DNA from: Eukaryota sp. TZLM1-RC
Lineage: Eukaryota > Protista > Metamonada: BaSk clade
Direction of reading: 5' to 3'
Assembly: GCA_040285825.1 (NCBI GenBank)
Contig: JAUPSS010000013.1
Location: forward strand, 481,218-545,217
Length of the DNA: 64,000 bases
Shown: positions 1 to 12,291 of the stretch, in pieces
Layout: each line of letters opens with the position of its first letter
Numbering within the stretch: position 1 is the first letter of the stretch
Notes under the pieces: generated by a model
What the model saw: only the letters and a program-made list of their open reading frames with translations
What the model was told of the DNA's origin: nothing
The model's database searches: none
Position numbers and translations under genes: made by a program

Positions 1-125
1 GTTCCCAAGTACTTGAGTTTAATGATGTCCAAACTTTATAAGGATTCATCAAGAGTTGGCGTGGAGAATTTAGTTTCTTATGTGTTTTAGTTTGTTTTGT
101 TTTTATTTGATTCTTCGTAGAAAAT
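1..125 (+). mobile_element. 3' end of CRE-like non-LTR retrotransposon family C
   Basis: Reads VPKYLSLMMSKLYKDSSRVGVENLVSYVF*. The tail gtttcttatgtg(t/c)tttagtttg recurs in reverse at 5150-5240, 35703-35756, ~46440-46470 and ~52790-52825; the last two are attached to endonuclease-coding sequence. Confidence 0.6.
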
Positions 126-511
126 AGTAAAAACTCAAAAAGTATACAATAAATATAATAAAATTGTATTAAAACAAAATTGATAAATCAACCCAACTTA
201 TTGACGTCCCTATATGCTACTTTAAGGTAACTCTAGAGACCACTTTCACGTGAATGATTACATTTACAGGAAAAGGGTATCTCCATAAGCATTGCGAAGA
301 AATCTGACATGAAAATGAACTGACGGTTTTGCATCAATGAAGTGCGAAAGTATCTGTGCATTGATATGTGTTCTAAGCCTGGGTTTTGGTGTGCTTCCCA
401 TTATGGATTTGAAGACCTTTTCTGTAATGGAGACTTTAACCCTCTTATTTTACATGTGGGTTTTGCCTCCTGGATCATCATAGCAAAGATGCTTAACAAC
501 GGTTCTGTGTA

Positions 512-988
512 GTGGAAGCCAATCCTAGTGGCAGCAATTTCAATGTTTGGAATCTTTTTGGAACTTGTTGTTCACCAAAGTTGGAACTTTCCACCAAAGT
601 CGATCATATTGTGTTTTTTACTGTAGGTCTGCTTCAGTTGATTGTTTTAACTTGTTTTGCGGTTCTGGTGTGCCTTCTTCTACCCTATATGGCCCTCCCA
701 GTTGTCCTTTCAGTGATTGGTCTGTTTATGACAACAGTATTGGCAGAAGTTTGGTATGGCCAACCAAATCACCAAATCAATGAACATGTCAAATTCTATG
801 AAGAACTCGATCACAAATTGGATCGATTAATCGAAGCCATTAACGGTAGGCCCCCAAAGCCGTCATTTGAAACAGAGGAACAATCATTTATCGAGCCACT
901 CTCTGACCTCTTGGCTCGTCATAATCGAACAGTTCAAGACTTTGTAACAGTGTTTTCTCATTATACTAACAGTAGTTTCTATTGTTAA
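512..988 (+). CDS. Hypothetical membrane protein (two hydrophobic segments); start uncertain
   Basis: 158-aa ORF with two long hydrophobic stretches followed by a helical C-terminus; ORF start is GTG. Confidence 0.45.
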   Translation: MEANPSGSNFNVWNLFGTCCSPKLELSTKVDHIVFFTVGLLQLIVLTCFAVLVCLLLPYMALPVVLSVIGLFMTTVLAEVWYGQPNHQINEHVKFYEELDHKLDRLIEAINGRPPKPSFETEEQSFIEPLSDLLARHNRTVQDFVTVFSHYTNSSFYC

Positions 989-1182
989 CTATTACTAACT
1001 ACTGTTAGTATAATGAGAAAACACTGTTACAAAGTCTTGAACTGTTCGATTATGACGAGCCAAGAGGTCAGAGAGTGGCTCGATAAATGATGGTTCCTCT
1101 GTTTCAAATGACGGCTTTGGGGGCCTACCGTTGATGGCTTCGATTAATCGATCCAATTTGTGATCGAGTTCTTCATAGAATT
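792..1182. repeat. Long inverted repeat: 186-bp arms, 19-bp spacer
   Basis: 792-977 is the reverse complement of 997-1182 with 2 mismatches; both arms translate to FYEELDHKLDRLIEAINGRPP...HYTNSS. Confidence 0.95.
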
Positions 1183-1387
1183 CTAAACAAGATAAACACC
1201 TTCTGAAACTTACCCCAATTCGCAACTTTTACCATCAAGAAATGGAGTCTTCACGGTTTCGTCCAAAATATCTTTTGACAGAACTGACTGTGCCTCGAAT
1301 TCTGAATGAGTTATTATGAATTTAGGAGAAAGTGAAACTTGAAGTTGATTTATTTCTTGTTTTTGACTTAGAAAAACATATGCAGGG

Positions 1388-4300
1388 GCAATGAAAAAGC
1401 AAAAACGATGTTATTACCCTTTCAATATGGAATTAATACCACTGATGAAGTCTCTTCAGCGTTATTTGCTACAGATGTATTATTTCGCCAAAATGAATCC
1501 AATGTATGTCATTGGATTTTAGTAATGCATTCAATTCACTCAGTCGTTGCAGTATTCACGGTGCTTTGTTGCAATATAAGCCGGACTTCATGCCGTATTT
1601 CCAATCAACATAGAGCACAAATATAATATATAATATAATATATAGCAATTCTAATTTGCTGAAAATAATGTTTCTGACGATCAACAGTTAAATGCTTCTA
1701 GTGTTCCCTCTTCTTCCCCTTCTGAAAACAGTAATTTTTGTTGTCCATTTTGCAAAAAAGATGTTGCAGATTCACGAAATGATCGAAAACTTCTGTTTTG
1801 TACGAATTGTAAAGCCGTTGATACCGTAAGACCCCCGATCCGGATCCCAGTAGAAATAAGTCCCGCCAGCACAATCCCCTTCTCAATGGAAATGAGAAAT
1901 TTTTCTTCTGAATTGAAAAATAATAAGTGGAATATTTCATCCTTCTGGAAATATTTTGCTAGAAAAACAAAAATTGTTTTAAGAAAAAATTTGGAAACAG
2001 AAAAATTGTAAAATCAAAAATTTGCCGAAAATTGTGCTTACGTGGTCGTTATGGTGCCGCAAAGCAGTCTTTGTTTTCCTCTTCTTTGGCTGATGCAAAC
2101 TCTGATACCCTTGAAAAACTTCAAAAGTTGCATCCTCAAGAAAATTTCAAGTGCAGCAAGCCTGATGTGTGTCCTTTTTGGATTGAAAATCCTATTACTG
2201 CAATTGAAGTTCTTAAAGCTATTCAAAAATTACCTAAGGGGAAAGCAGCAGGCCCAACTGGAATTTCTTTCGATCTCTTAAAAATAGCGTGTTCCAGTGC
2301 TCCCTAAATTGCTGATGATCTAGCCCACTATTTTCAACAATTAATTGTTTTGAAAATTAATCCTCCATTTGAATTACTCGCAGCACGTCTGATTGCTTTA
2401 GTAAAGCCTGGAAACGGAATAAAACCTGATGGAATACGCCCAATTGCTGTTGGTGAATCTCTTTCTCGTCTGCTGGCATCAATTGTCTTCGATCGTGTCA
2501 AAGACAAAGCTTCTACATTTTTGAATCCTCATCAATTTGGAATCAAAACAATTGATGGTGCTTCTGTTGCTGCTATTGCCTCTGATACCTTTTTTAATGC
2601 AGAGGAAAATAATTTTATTTTTAATCTCGACTTTAAAAATGCTTTTAATTCTGTAAAGCGAGAAGCAATTTTTGAAGTTATTAAATCTGATTTTCCTGAG
2701 CTATTGAGTTTTTTCTACCATTTTTATGGTAAAGAATCAGATTTAATTTTTAATTCATTTGCTCTTAAATCATCTTCTGGAGTGAAGCAGGGAGATCCTT
2801 TAGGCCCATTATTGTTTTGTTTAGCTATTCACAAAACTTTAAATATCATTAAGCAAAAATACCCTTCTATAAAAATAGTTGCTTATATGGATGATATATC
2901 CTTGATTGGTTCATTTGATTTACTAGAATTGGTTGCTCAAGAAATTGCCGATTCATATGAAAATATTGGGCTTCATCTTAATGCCAGCAAATGCCTTCTG
3001 ATTGGCTCTTCTGCTCAAGACCTCGTGATAAACGATTCTATTGTCCCTTTTACTAATTATAGTAGTGATGCTTTTAACTTCCTTGGTTGTTGGTTAGGAA
3101 ATGTGCCTCAAATTCAGAATAAATTGCAAGTTATTTTGGAAAAAATGAAAATTGAACATGATTCAATTTCTTCTTTAGATATAGAAAAGCATATTAAATT
3201 TTTCATGCTTAAAATTTGCTACACTGGGAGAATAACCCACATTTTGAGATCTTGTGCTCCTTCCATAGCATTAGATTTTTGTCGTTCTTTTAATTCATTG
3301 AGAACAGAATTTTTTGCTGATTTATTGGATGTAGAACCAGGAATCTTGAAAAACCATTTATTTTCTTCAGCAAATTTGGGGGGTATTGGATTTACTAAAT
3401 CTTCAATTTTGTGTCAATCAGCATTCTTGGGTGGTGGCAAAAATTTTATTTATGAATTTTCTCGTAGATTTCCTGATGATTATCATCTGTTAGTCCCCAA
3501 TTGTAGTCCCTATTTGTATGAGTTATCTTGTGAACTTGAAAAATTACCACCACAAATTTGGACCAAATGTTTTCCTCAATCAATTCAAGAAATTCCAAAC
3601 CGATCTCTATTTAATTTTCAGTTTTGCTGTAAAAAGCTTCAACAAGAATTGTCAAAGATTTTTGAAAGCTTGGATTTTGATGTTAGACTTGGCTTGGCCA
3701 AGAAACAGAATCCCGCTTTTGCAAATCTTTTACAAGATATGTGTGACAGTACTTCTTCTGCCTTAGTAACAACAATTCCACAAGTTTATGGTACTCTCTT
3801 ATCCGATTCTGCTTGGACTCTGAATATGAGATTTCGTTCCTTTATCTGGTCTGATAATTTACCTCATAATTTAATTTGTAAATGTTCTCGAGAAATTACA
3901 ACTACTCATTTGTTAAATTGTAAACATTTTATCACTTTTAGAAGCAAGGTTCATGATGCTGTAAGAGACCAGTTATATTGTATGTGTAAATCTCATAGAA
4001 TTGAATCCTTCTTGGAACCTCTGTTGTCAAATCTGTTTGATGCTGAAAATGATTTTCATAAGAATAATAGAGGTGATGTCATATTACCTGGATTAGATGG
4101 AAGCTTCATTTTATTGGATGTAATGTCTGTTGATCCTTGTAATGCCTCAAATGAAAGGCTTGTTAATTCTGAAATTCATAATTCCCTTTCAAATGCTGAA
4201 AATTTTAAATTCAAAAAATACAATGACCCGTTGTCCGAACTGGCCAGTCTACAGCATGCAAAATACAATTTGTATCCATTTGTATTTTCCTTTTTCTGGT

Positions 4301-4830
4301 TCACTTGCACCAACTGCTTTACGTTTTTTGGATGATTTTGAAATGATTGTAAAGAGAAGAACTGGCAGAAAGTTCAACAGATTGTTTTGGCAAAATAGAA
4401 TTGTGTTTTCTATTTTTAAGGGGATGTTGAAGATGGTTTCTGATGCTTTGCTTTCTCTTGGATCTCACTATGAGAGAGTTGCATCTAGTGTTTTTGTTTT
4501 GGGAGAGATGGATTTTTTAGATGTTGATTTATAGGTTTAGAATAAAATTAAATTTAAAAAAAACATATAGCAATTCTAATTTACATTTTGGTAATTGAAT
4601 TTTGAGTTCATCAAGTTGTGTAAAGCAAGGATTTCGTTAGGACCTCTTTTGTTTTGTTTGTCCATTCATCCTATTTTATTACAAATTCAAGAAATGTTTC
4701 CTTCACTAATAATGATTGCCTTTATGGATAATGTTGTTCTTATAGGTGATCCAAATATTGTGAAAATAGCAACTATATGTTTTGAAGAAATATTTACCAA
4801 AGTTGGCCTCTGACTGAATTTACTGAGATA
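1388..4830 (+). mobile_element. Degenerate family B retrotransposon RT fragment, interrupted by a family A copy
   Basis: 1388-1620 (LLPFQYGINTTD) and 4565-4830 (LGPLLFCLSIHP...AFMDNVV) are consecutive parts of the family B RT seen at ~30640-31130. Confidence 0.85.
1658..4563 (+). mobile_element. 5'-truncated CRE-like non-LTR retrotransposon family A (RT, Cys/His knuckle, restriction-like endonuclease)
   Basis: RT motifs IRPIAVGE, HQFG, DFKNAFNS, GVKQGDPLGP, YMDD; CKC..HLLNC..HDAVRD; RGD..LDV..K..KY; poly-A tail; 18-bp TSD atatagcaattctaattt at 1640-1657 and 4565-4582. One stop (2305-2307) and homopolymer frameshifts. Confidence 0.93.
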
Positions 4831-5074
4831 TGATTGACATTACTAAGCAGCCATCTGAGATGCTCCAAGAGCGTTTTAAAGACGACAGCAAGCTTTTCAT
4901 CACATACGAATGTTTGAACCAGCAACATCATCCAATAAGAAATGTGAGGATTTTATCTCAAGAACAACTATCGAAACCTCCAGAAAAGAAATCACAATCT
5001 TTCAATTTTCATTACAAAATGTCTTTTTAGAAAAAAACATTTATTTTCCACGTAAACTAAAATATCTATTGATC

Positions 5075-5300
5075 ATGCACACTTAATTAAATTAATTCAT
5101 AACTAATGGGACGAATTTCATTGAAGCAAGATTTCCTCTACAAAATCTTGATACAAAACAGAACAAAATAATACGCATAAGATACGAAATTTTCCACACC
5201 AACTCCTGAAGAATCCTTGAAAAGATTAGACATCGTTAAATTGTGTGTTTTTTGTTATATTTTATATTTATTGAATTTGCACACTTAATTAAATTAACTC
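5075..5300 (-). mobile_element. Stack of three retrotransposon 3' tips (B, C, B)
   Basis: 5075-5150 and 5262-5300 match the family B terminus (gtgcaaattcaataaat, cgtcccattagttatga); 5150-5240 matches the family C terminus at 17-115. Confidence 0.75.
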
Positions 5301-5381
5301 AATTCTCATGTTGAATTTTTCTATTTCTGAATGCGAAAAACTTTGTGTGAAAAACGTTTTCCTACATATAAGACCTCCACA

Positions 5382-5843
5382 ATGTCTTCTGTAAAGGTTT
5401 ATTTATACGACATATCTATGGGAATGGCGAAGACCATGTCCCCAATGCTTCTTGGACCTCAAAATGCTTTGGATTACATACCACACACTTCTGTGGTTGT
5501 TTTTGGAATGGAGTATTTCTTCGGTATGGGTGTACAACGTTGCATTCCTGGTCAATCTGGACATGGGCAGCCCATGAAAGTGTTGGATTATGGACACACA
5601 GAGGTACCTAGCGAACTATTCGAAGAGTGGTTGACTACTGCTGCAGCTAAATACAACACTACATCTTATCACCTATTAGACCTGAATTGTAACAACTTTA
5701 CTAATGATGCTATTGAGTTTTTGAGTGGAAGTACTCTGCCTGCGGAGATAGTGACTCTGCCTCAGCAAGTTATGTCTACGCCGTTAGGACAAATGATTAA
5801 ACCCTTTATAGAACAGTTCTTTGCTGCTTCAAACAATGTGTAA
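5382..5843 (+). CDS. DESI1: PPPDE-family desumoylating isopeptidase
   Basis: VYLYDISMGMA N-terminus, HTSVVVFGMEYFFG (catalytic His), YHLLDLNCNNFT (catalytic Cys), LPQQVMSTPLGQMIKP C-terminus. Confidence 0.9.
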   Translation: MSSVKVYLYDISMGMAKTMSPMLLGPQNALDYIPHTSVVVFGMEYFFGMGVQRCIPGQSGHGQPMKVLDYGHTEVPSELFEEWLTTAAAKYNTTSYHLLDLNCNNFTNDAIEFLSGSTLPAEIVTLPQQVMSTPLGQMIKPFIEQFFAASNNV

Positions 5844-6301
5844 ATGCTTTTTTTGTTTTTTGATTTTACTGATACACACACAGTACGTCATATACGAAAT
5901 ATCCTTTGTAGAAATTGTTGTAATAATTCGAAACTAGAATTACTATTTGTCCCTAGTTAATGATTTGAGTGAATCCTAAATATAGCACGAAATTATGCTC
6001 ATGGACCTCTTCAAAAATGCCATAGATTGCTTAAATACTACATGAAGAGACATAAGAGATGAAGAGACTTGAGGTCTTTCTATGTTGCCCTCGAATTTAA
6101 TTTACAACAAACCATAGAGTACCCCAGATTTTTTATCAAATTACAGAAGCAATGGCGAAAAACACGCAAATCATGATTGTGTAGAGGAAACCACTCACTG
6201 AATTTAGTCCCATTGGTTCTGTTTTTCATTAAATGTTGAAATTCATTAAAATCATTTTTCAAATAGCTTAACCATCCTCTTCTCAATCATTAACAGTCAG
6301 T

Positions 6302-7084
6302 ATGGAACTACCACCAGCAATTAGTTCACTACGTCCATTCACTATTCGTGCAGCTCAATTCTCTGAAACTGAACCCCTTATGTCATATTACATCAAAATG
6401 TATGTAGTCGAACAAGCCATGAAGAAATCTTCACAATCTGGTGTCAAACCGTTCGTTGTTTCTTTGTTAGATGTACTGGAAAAAGAAAAATCTACTCTAC
6501 CGGTTAGCGAAACCGATGGTCTTTCTCACTGCACTGCTGTCATGCTTTCTCTGCTTAAGAAAGCCATGGACGAGGAGAGTGAAGGTACTGCTTCTCAATC
6601 AACTGCTGCAACTTATGATGTATGTAGAATCATTATTGAAAGCTGTGGTCAATTCGGTGAACTCTCTTCAGATCTCCAACAAAAAAGAAAGTTTTGCCTA
6701 TCTCGTATACGGGAAATTCTCAAGAATCCCAATCCTAACCCTAACCCTAACCCCAAACCCAACACTGAAGAGATGGATGCCGTTGAACAGGAATTAGAGG
6801 AGGAGTTAGCCAGAGAACAAGAAGAAATGTCGACTGAAGGAATGAAGGTAAAGGAGAAGCAAGAAGTCGAAAATGATCCTGAGGAGCCAAAATTGACCAC
6901 GGAAGACCAATCAAATCACGATCAATCACTAGCTCAAACAGAAGTTATTGAAGAGGAAGTTGATTTTGAGAGTTTGCAACAGGCTGAAAAGTATATTAAA
7001 TGGAGCCTAAGTAGCATTCAGTTAGACAAAGTACAAGAAACGATATTGCATTTGGAAAAGGCTTTAAAAATGTTGAAAAAATAA
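6302..7084 (+). CDS. VTA1: Vta1/LIP5, Vps4 cofactor
   Basis: N-terminal MIT-like region (LRPFTIRAAQF..EPLMSYYIKMYVVEQAM), acidic linker, C-terminal VSL-like motif AEKYIKWSLSSIQLDKVQETILHLEKALKML. Confidence 0.85.
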   Translation: MELPPAISSLRPFTIRAAQFSETEPLMSYYIKMYVVEQAMKKSSQSGVKPFVVSLLDVLEKEKSTLPVSETDGLSHCTAVMLSLLKKAMDEESEGTASQSTAATYDVCRIIIESCGQFGELSSDLQQKRKFCLSRIREILKNPNPNPNPNPKPNTEEMDAVEQELEEELAREQEEMSTEGMKVKEKQEVENDPEEPKLTTEDQSNHDQSLAQTEVIEEEVDFESLQQAEKYIKWSLSSIQLDKVQETILHLEKALKMLKK

Positions 7085-7938
7085 TAGCTCTTTTATTAAA
7101 TAATTATGTGAATAAATCGGTGTACAGCGAAGGTTCTTATGCATATTATTTTATTTGTTTTTATTTGTTTTTATTTATTTGTAAATAATCGGGGTTATTT
7201 GTAAACTATAAGTATCATTAACTGTCGCAACATCATCAAAGCTTTACCATATAGAAACTAAGAACTTCAAATCCATTCACTTTTTTCTTCTAAATCGTTA
7301 TTTTGGATTTTTTTCAGTTTCACTACCCGCTGTTTCTTCGTTCAAATTCACAAAATAATTAAATGAATGAGAAAGATAAATAATTGAGGGAAAAAAATGA
7401 AAGACGTTGAGTTCTTGTAAGTTCAATCATCTCCAGAATCAAGCACTATGGTCCACCATGGAGGCCAAACAAATCGACTTTGAAGTGCAAAATCCTGGAT
7501 ATCACAACAACAACCAAAACAGTGAATTATGTACATGTATTGAAATGTGCAGTAAGAGGAGTTCTTCATCTGTTAGAGTTGTCAGAGAGATGAGATGAGG
7601 CGAATAGTGGTAGTAAGTAAGTATCAATCGAGGATGTAGCTTTAGGATAGTTACAGTGTTTGGCTTTAGAATGTTGATTCTTCCATGGACGAAAAGATGT
7701 CAATCCCATGCTACTTTTGGTAAATGAAAAGGAATAATGGTTAAGAGTGGCAAATATTTTCCACGCATGAGGAGAGATTGTTTTGTTTTACCGTATTTTT
7801 TGGTTTTTGGTTTTGCAACCAATGTATATTGCCAATGGATAACCAATCAACAAATAGCAATGACAATAATAAAATTAGGATTAAAATTAATAGCATAGAA
7901 ATGAATTAAGTTCTTCAAAGGCACACTCTTGAACACTA

Positions 7939-8054
7939 CTGTGTTCCGAAAAATTATGGACTCATAAAATATGGCGAATTTCACAACACCATTGACAGTT
8001 CGCCATATTGTTTAGTCGACATATTTTATGAGTCCATAATTTTTCGGCACACGG
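7939..8054. mobile_element. MITE-like element with ~37-bp terminal inverted repeats
   Basis: gtgttccgaaaaattatggactcataaaatatg ... catattttatgagtccataatttttcggcacac; TA precedes the left end (Tc1/mariner-like); no TA at the right end. Confidence 0.65.
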
Positions 8055-8457
8055 AATTCAATGATAAATTGAATCAGATGTGAACACCAACATGTTAGTG
8101 GTAACAGATCTCGGATAGTTGTTGTGACGTTTGCAATTAAGGCTGAAACATGATTGGAAATGCGAAAGAGCAATTCGTTTCAGGATTGACCAATTGGTCG
8201 CAAACAAATTCAAAATCATCTTTTTTTTGAAGAACCTGAATAGTTAGGACAACACAATTTGAGATGTTATGAGCTGTAAAGTTACAGTTGTTTGTTTCGA
8301 GCGCAGACGTTACACGTTGTCAACCGTAACTCCAATAACCTAGTTTCTCCAGCTTAGTCAATTCTGTAGCTAGTTTTGCATTTAGTCGGTCTTTTTGTTT
8401 ATATATAAATAATATATAATCAAATATAATTAAATATAGTAGAAATAACTCAATAAC

Positions 8458-8646
8458 TTGAATTCCAACTCACATACTCAATACCTTCTTTGTCCTTTTG
8501 CTTTTTCTATATTTAGAACCTTGGGTAAAACTGCGTTATCTTTTTTGGACGATTTCTCAGCTATTGTCAAAAATAGAACTGGAACAATATTAGACCGAAC
8601 CTTTTGGAAAAACAGAATTGTATTTTCTTTTTTTAGGATTGTATAG
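8458..8646 (+). mobile_element. 3' fragment of a diverged CRE-like retrotransposon
   Basis: PFAFSIFRTLGKTALSFLDDF...FWKNRIVFS is homologous to the family A C-terminus. Confidence 0.7.
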
Positions 8647-9312
8647 TCTTGTTACTAGCTCATTGTTATCACTAGGAAAATTTTATGAAGAAAAAGATGT
8701 AGGTAAGTTTTCAATAGTAGATGTGGAGTATGAGGAGATTGATTGTTAGTTTTTAATAATTTCTTTTGAATCAAATATGTATCAAAAAACAAAAAAAATT
8801 GGTTATTGTCTAATGATAAACCAAAGCTACTCTTTGCCACAAGAATACAAAGAGAAGTAAAGGCCTCAAATCCTTTACCATTCAGATAAACCCAATTAGT
8901 CAAGCTGACATCAAACACTAGTTGCAAATAAAACAGTTGCCTCACAGTATTGATGAGATACTGCAACGAGATAACAGTATAAATCATCTCAGATTTTTGG
9001 TAGGTTTGGAAATATCTGTGTTGATAATGAACACATTTGGTCAGTTTGGTTTTTGATTCCACCCTGTGCAGGGAGTCGCACTCCCGTAGCACTTGTATAG
9101 TCAAAGGCACGTCTTTTTACGGTGATACACAGATGTGTGTTGTACGAGTTTGTGATTGTGGAAAAATTAAGTGGCAGTTGAAGTAAATCTAATGTGAAAT
9201 CATGTTACGTTGAAAGGTGGAGAAGAAGATTATGTAAGATAAGAAGTCTGTACCCAGAAAACTTTGTGTTTATTGTATGAAAGTGTAACACAAATGTTTA
9301 TAATAAAGTAAT

Positions 9313-11375
9313 GGGACAACACCAAAATCCACACGTACCACAATTTTTAATCAAAATCCACAAACATTTCTCAAAGTAATTTTCACAATCCACATCATCC
9401 AGAACCTGTGATGAAAATCCACATATGACGTGACCCAAATCTTTTCAAGTTGGTTGATCAAAATCATCTTTATTGAACACCTCTATTCAACTGCTTCTTA
9501 TGAAACAATAAACTATTGATTAGGACAACCTCTTTTGTTATGGTTTACTTCTCCACATAAACCACACTTATAAATGCGTTTCTGAGCTGGCTCTAATGAA
9601 GTTTGAGATCTTCTGGGCTTACTTCCTGATTTTTTCTCTCTTGCATTCCTCATACGAACTTTCTTGGGTCTGCCCACTCTCGGCTTGGCAATTGGAGGTC
9701 CGCTAACATTTACTTCCGGTGCTCTTTCATCAGATTCAACGTTACTCTCCAACGTAACATCATCAACAGATAATATTCTCCCCTCGTAGGCACGTAAATA
9801 CCATAAAGAAGAGTGCTGTGGTGCACAGTATTCAATTCCTCTTGAACCGTTCCTTGTCAAAAACATCAGCAAGTGAGCACATGGAATTCCTTCTTTCCCA
9901 TCACAGCAACTACAACTCTTTTCCTCAATATCAACGTTGAACACTCTACCACTGTATATGACCTCAAACTCATCGTCATCAACTTCAATAGATCTTAAGT
10001 CACGCAACAACATCAACCTCTCCTCAAGATTCTTAACAGCTCTTGGAACTAAAGGGAATTCAATCATTGCTCTTGCTTCTTTTCGTCTTGATACAAACCA
10101 TCTTCCAAGCATTGCTCTGATACTATCAAACATTTGAACAATAGGTTGTTCTCTGGCTTCGTTGATAGCAGCATTGAGTGATTCCACGACGTTACTTGTG
10201 GTATGTCCCCACCTGTTTCCAGGAAAAATACACTCGACCCAATGTTGAGGATCTGCCGTCTTCTCGATATATTCCGCTGCCGTCTGTGAGACAATCGCCA
10301 TTTCTTTTAGAATATCGTTGTAGTCATTGAGATTTTTTTACTTTTGCTAGTCGAAAAATAAAGGGCCTAGCTTTTTTTGATCCTTTACCTGTTGCATTAT
10401 CAGCAAGATGTTTTACACAGAATGCATGAGGACATCCAGGAAGTACAGCCTCCACTGCATTGATCAGACCTTTTGCCGATCAGAAATGATTGAAGTACAT
10501 GAGATAACAAATATGTTGCGAAGATGATCTAGAACCCACGACCAAGTTGCTGTATTTTCAGTATCAACAACTCCAAACGCTAGAGGGAATGTCTGTCCAT
10601 TTGCGTCAATTGTTGCAGCTGCCAAGATTGTTCCAAGATACTGATTTTTGATGAAACAGCCGTCCAACTCGATCACAGGTTTACAATATTGCTGACCAGT
10701 AATGGATGCTGAAGACGCCAAAAAGCAACGACTAAAACGATCATCATCACCTGCTTCAACAAAAGCCACAGTTCCTGGCATTTTCTGTTTCAAACGTTCG
10801 AACTAACGAGGTAGTAGGCTGAAGGACTTCTCCTTGTCTCCATATAACAACATTTGTGCTTCTTTTACCACTCTAGAACATGCGTTATGATTGATTGGCA
10901 TGTCAGACATCCTTTCCATTCTAGTTGGAGATACTGGTCCACAACGTCTGAAATCCTCTTTCAACATAAGAGCCACAATTTTCGCAGGAACGTGATTTTT
11001 TGATTGTGCTTGACAAGGTGTGTTGTGCTCCACGAACTTCGTAACAATCCAAACATCGCAATCAAGAGACGTAGCAATAAAACGAAAGGGACACTTCTCA
11101 TCATCACACTTGATTTCCCAGCGGGTCTTGTTGTTATTTTGAGCAGGAGAGAACTCTTTGTTGATTTCAATACCATATTGATGCAGAGTTGTTATCATTT
11201 TGTCACGAGATTCGAAAGTATCGTTCACTGAGATGGATATAGGTTCAGAAGCTTTAAGTTTATTAAGATTAAGAGCAATAGTCATTTTTGTGGTTTTTGA
11301 TGAAAAAGATGGGACTAATGTTGCTGTGGATTTTGATGGAAATTGATTTAATCATGTGGATTTTGGTGTTTTCCC
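9313..11375 (-). mobile_element. Mutator (MULE) DNA transposon, full length, transposase disrupted
   Basis: TIRs ggga(c/a)aacaccaaaatccaca; perfect 9-bp TSD taaagtaat (9304-9312, 11376-11384). ORF pieces 11285-9513 carry a MuDR-like N-terminus, LDGCF..DANG..PLAFGVVD.E..W..ISDRQK, TSNVVES, SWIM (CSC..GIPCAH) and CGLCGEVNHNKRGC. Confidence 0.95.
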
Positions 11376-11451
11376 TAAAGTAATTCCAAGTCTTTTGTAT
11401 CGCACCGGGTGCGATGCCAAAAAGAACCGCACCATGCAAAAAACATTTTAC

Positions 11452-12291
11452 CTATCCAATCCAAATATTTGACTTATAAAACAACTTTACATCTTCACAC
11501 ACTAAATCTCCTGAAACATTCCACTTGTATGGTTCATTTATATTCCAGTTGACTCCTTCTCGAAATCTACAGTCATTTGGATCAACCTTTGCTTCCCCCC
11601 AACTACCCCAATCAATACAACACTGAGTACATGGTATAGCAACCTTCTGACCAAATTTAGGGTGAGGGTTAGGGTTGGAAGTGTGCTGTACAGACACACA
11701 ACCAAGTTCAAGTTGAGCACCCTCATCTGGTGCCAGTGATGGTGGAAAACTGTGACTTGGTAACATTGACGAATGGACAGGACAGTTAGAGAAACGATGC
11801 AGGCAAAGCACCCCACAGCACGACCAACGGCCATGAAGTAACAATGGGTAGGCATTTGCAATGGAGCATTGCCCTCCAGAATCAATCAATGCAACACCAA
11901 ATGTGAATTTACCATCTCTATCAACTGGCAGTTCATGCACTCCACAATGCGTGTGGCACATGGATGCAGGGTCATAGAAATCCAGGCACCGGGTACATTT
12001 GTTGGAGGAACACTGTAAGAAATGTGGATGAAATAGAGTCTCCTTCATGCAAACTGGACAAAAGTGAGTAAGTCTAAAGGATTCTTCGTCATCATTTCGC
12101 GACATTACCTCGATGTTTGAAGTATCGTCGTGAATAGAAGACACTTTATACATGGTATCAAGATCCTGTAAAGACTGCTTCAGTGCAGGGAAGTGGGTGA
12201 GGCAAAACTTGAAGGAGCAACTCAAGCACTCAACATGAGGTATGATACTGTTGGGTAGACGAAATGTATGGTGACAGGAACTACATTCCAT
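11452..12291 (-). CDS. Cys/His-rich hypothetical zinc-binding protein
   Basis: Uninterrupted ORF from MECSSCHH with many CxxC/CxxH pairs and a WSCCG motif; family not recognised. Confidence 0.6.
   Translation of the reverse strand: MECSSCHHTFRLPNSIIPHVECLSCSFKFCLTHFPALKQSLQDLDTMYKVSSIHDDTSNIEVMSRNDDEESFRLTHFCPVCMKETLFHPHFLQCSSNKCTRCLDFYDPASMCHTHCGVHELPVDRDGKFTFGVALIDSGGQCSIANAYPLLLHGRWSCCGVLCLHRFSNCPVHSSMLPSHSFPPSLAPDEGAQLELGCVSVQHTSNPNPHPKFGQKVAIPCTQCCIDWGSWGEAKVDPNDCRFREGVNWNINEPYKWNVSGDLVCEDVKLFYKSNIWIG

Noticed and set aside
2350-4335. Group II intron, retron or DGR reverse transcriptase driving LRR variation
   Set aside because: Domain order, tail and TSDs identify a non-LTR element; LRR variation is not adenine-specific and no template/variable repeat pair is seen.
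6725-6762. Telomere-like (ccctaa)n, also at ~11656-11675
   Set aside because: Only a few units, in frame as Asn-Pro linkers inside ORFs.
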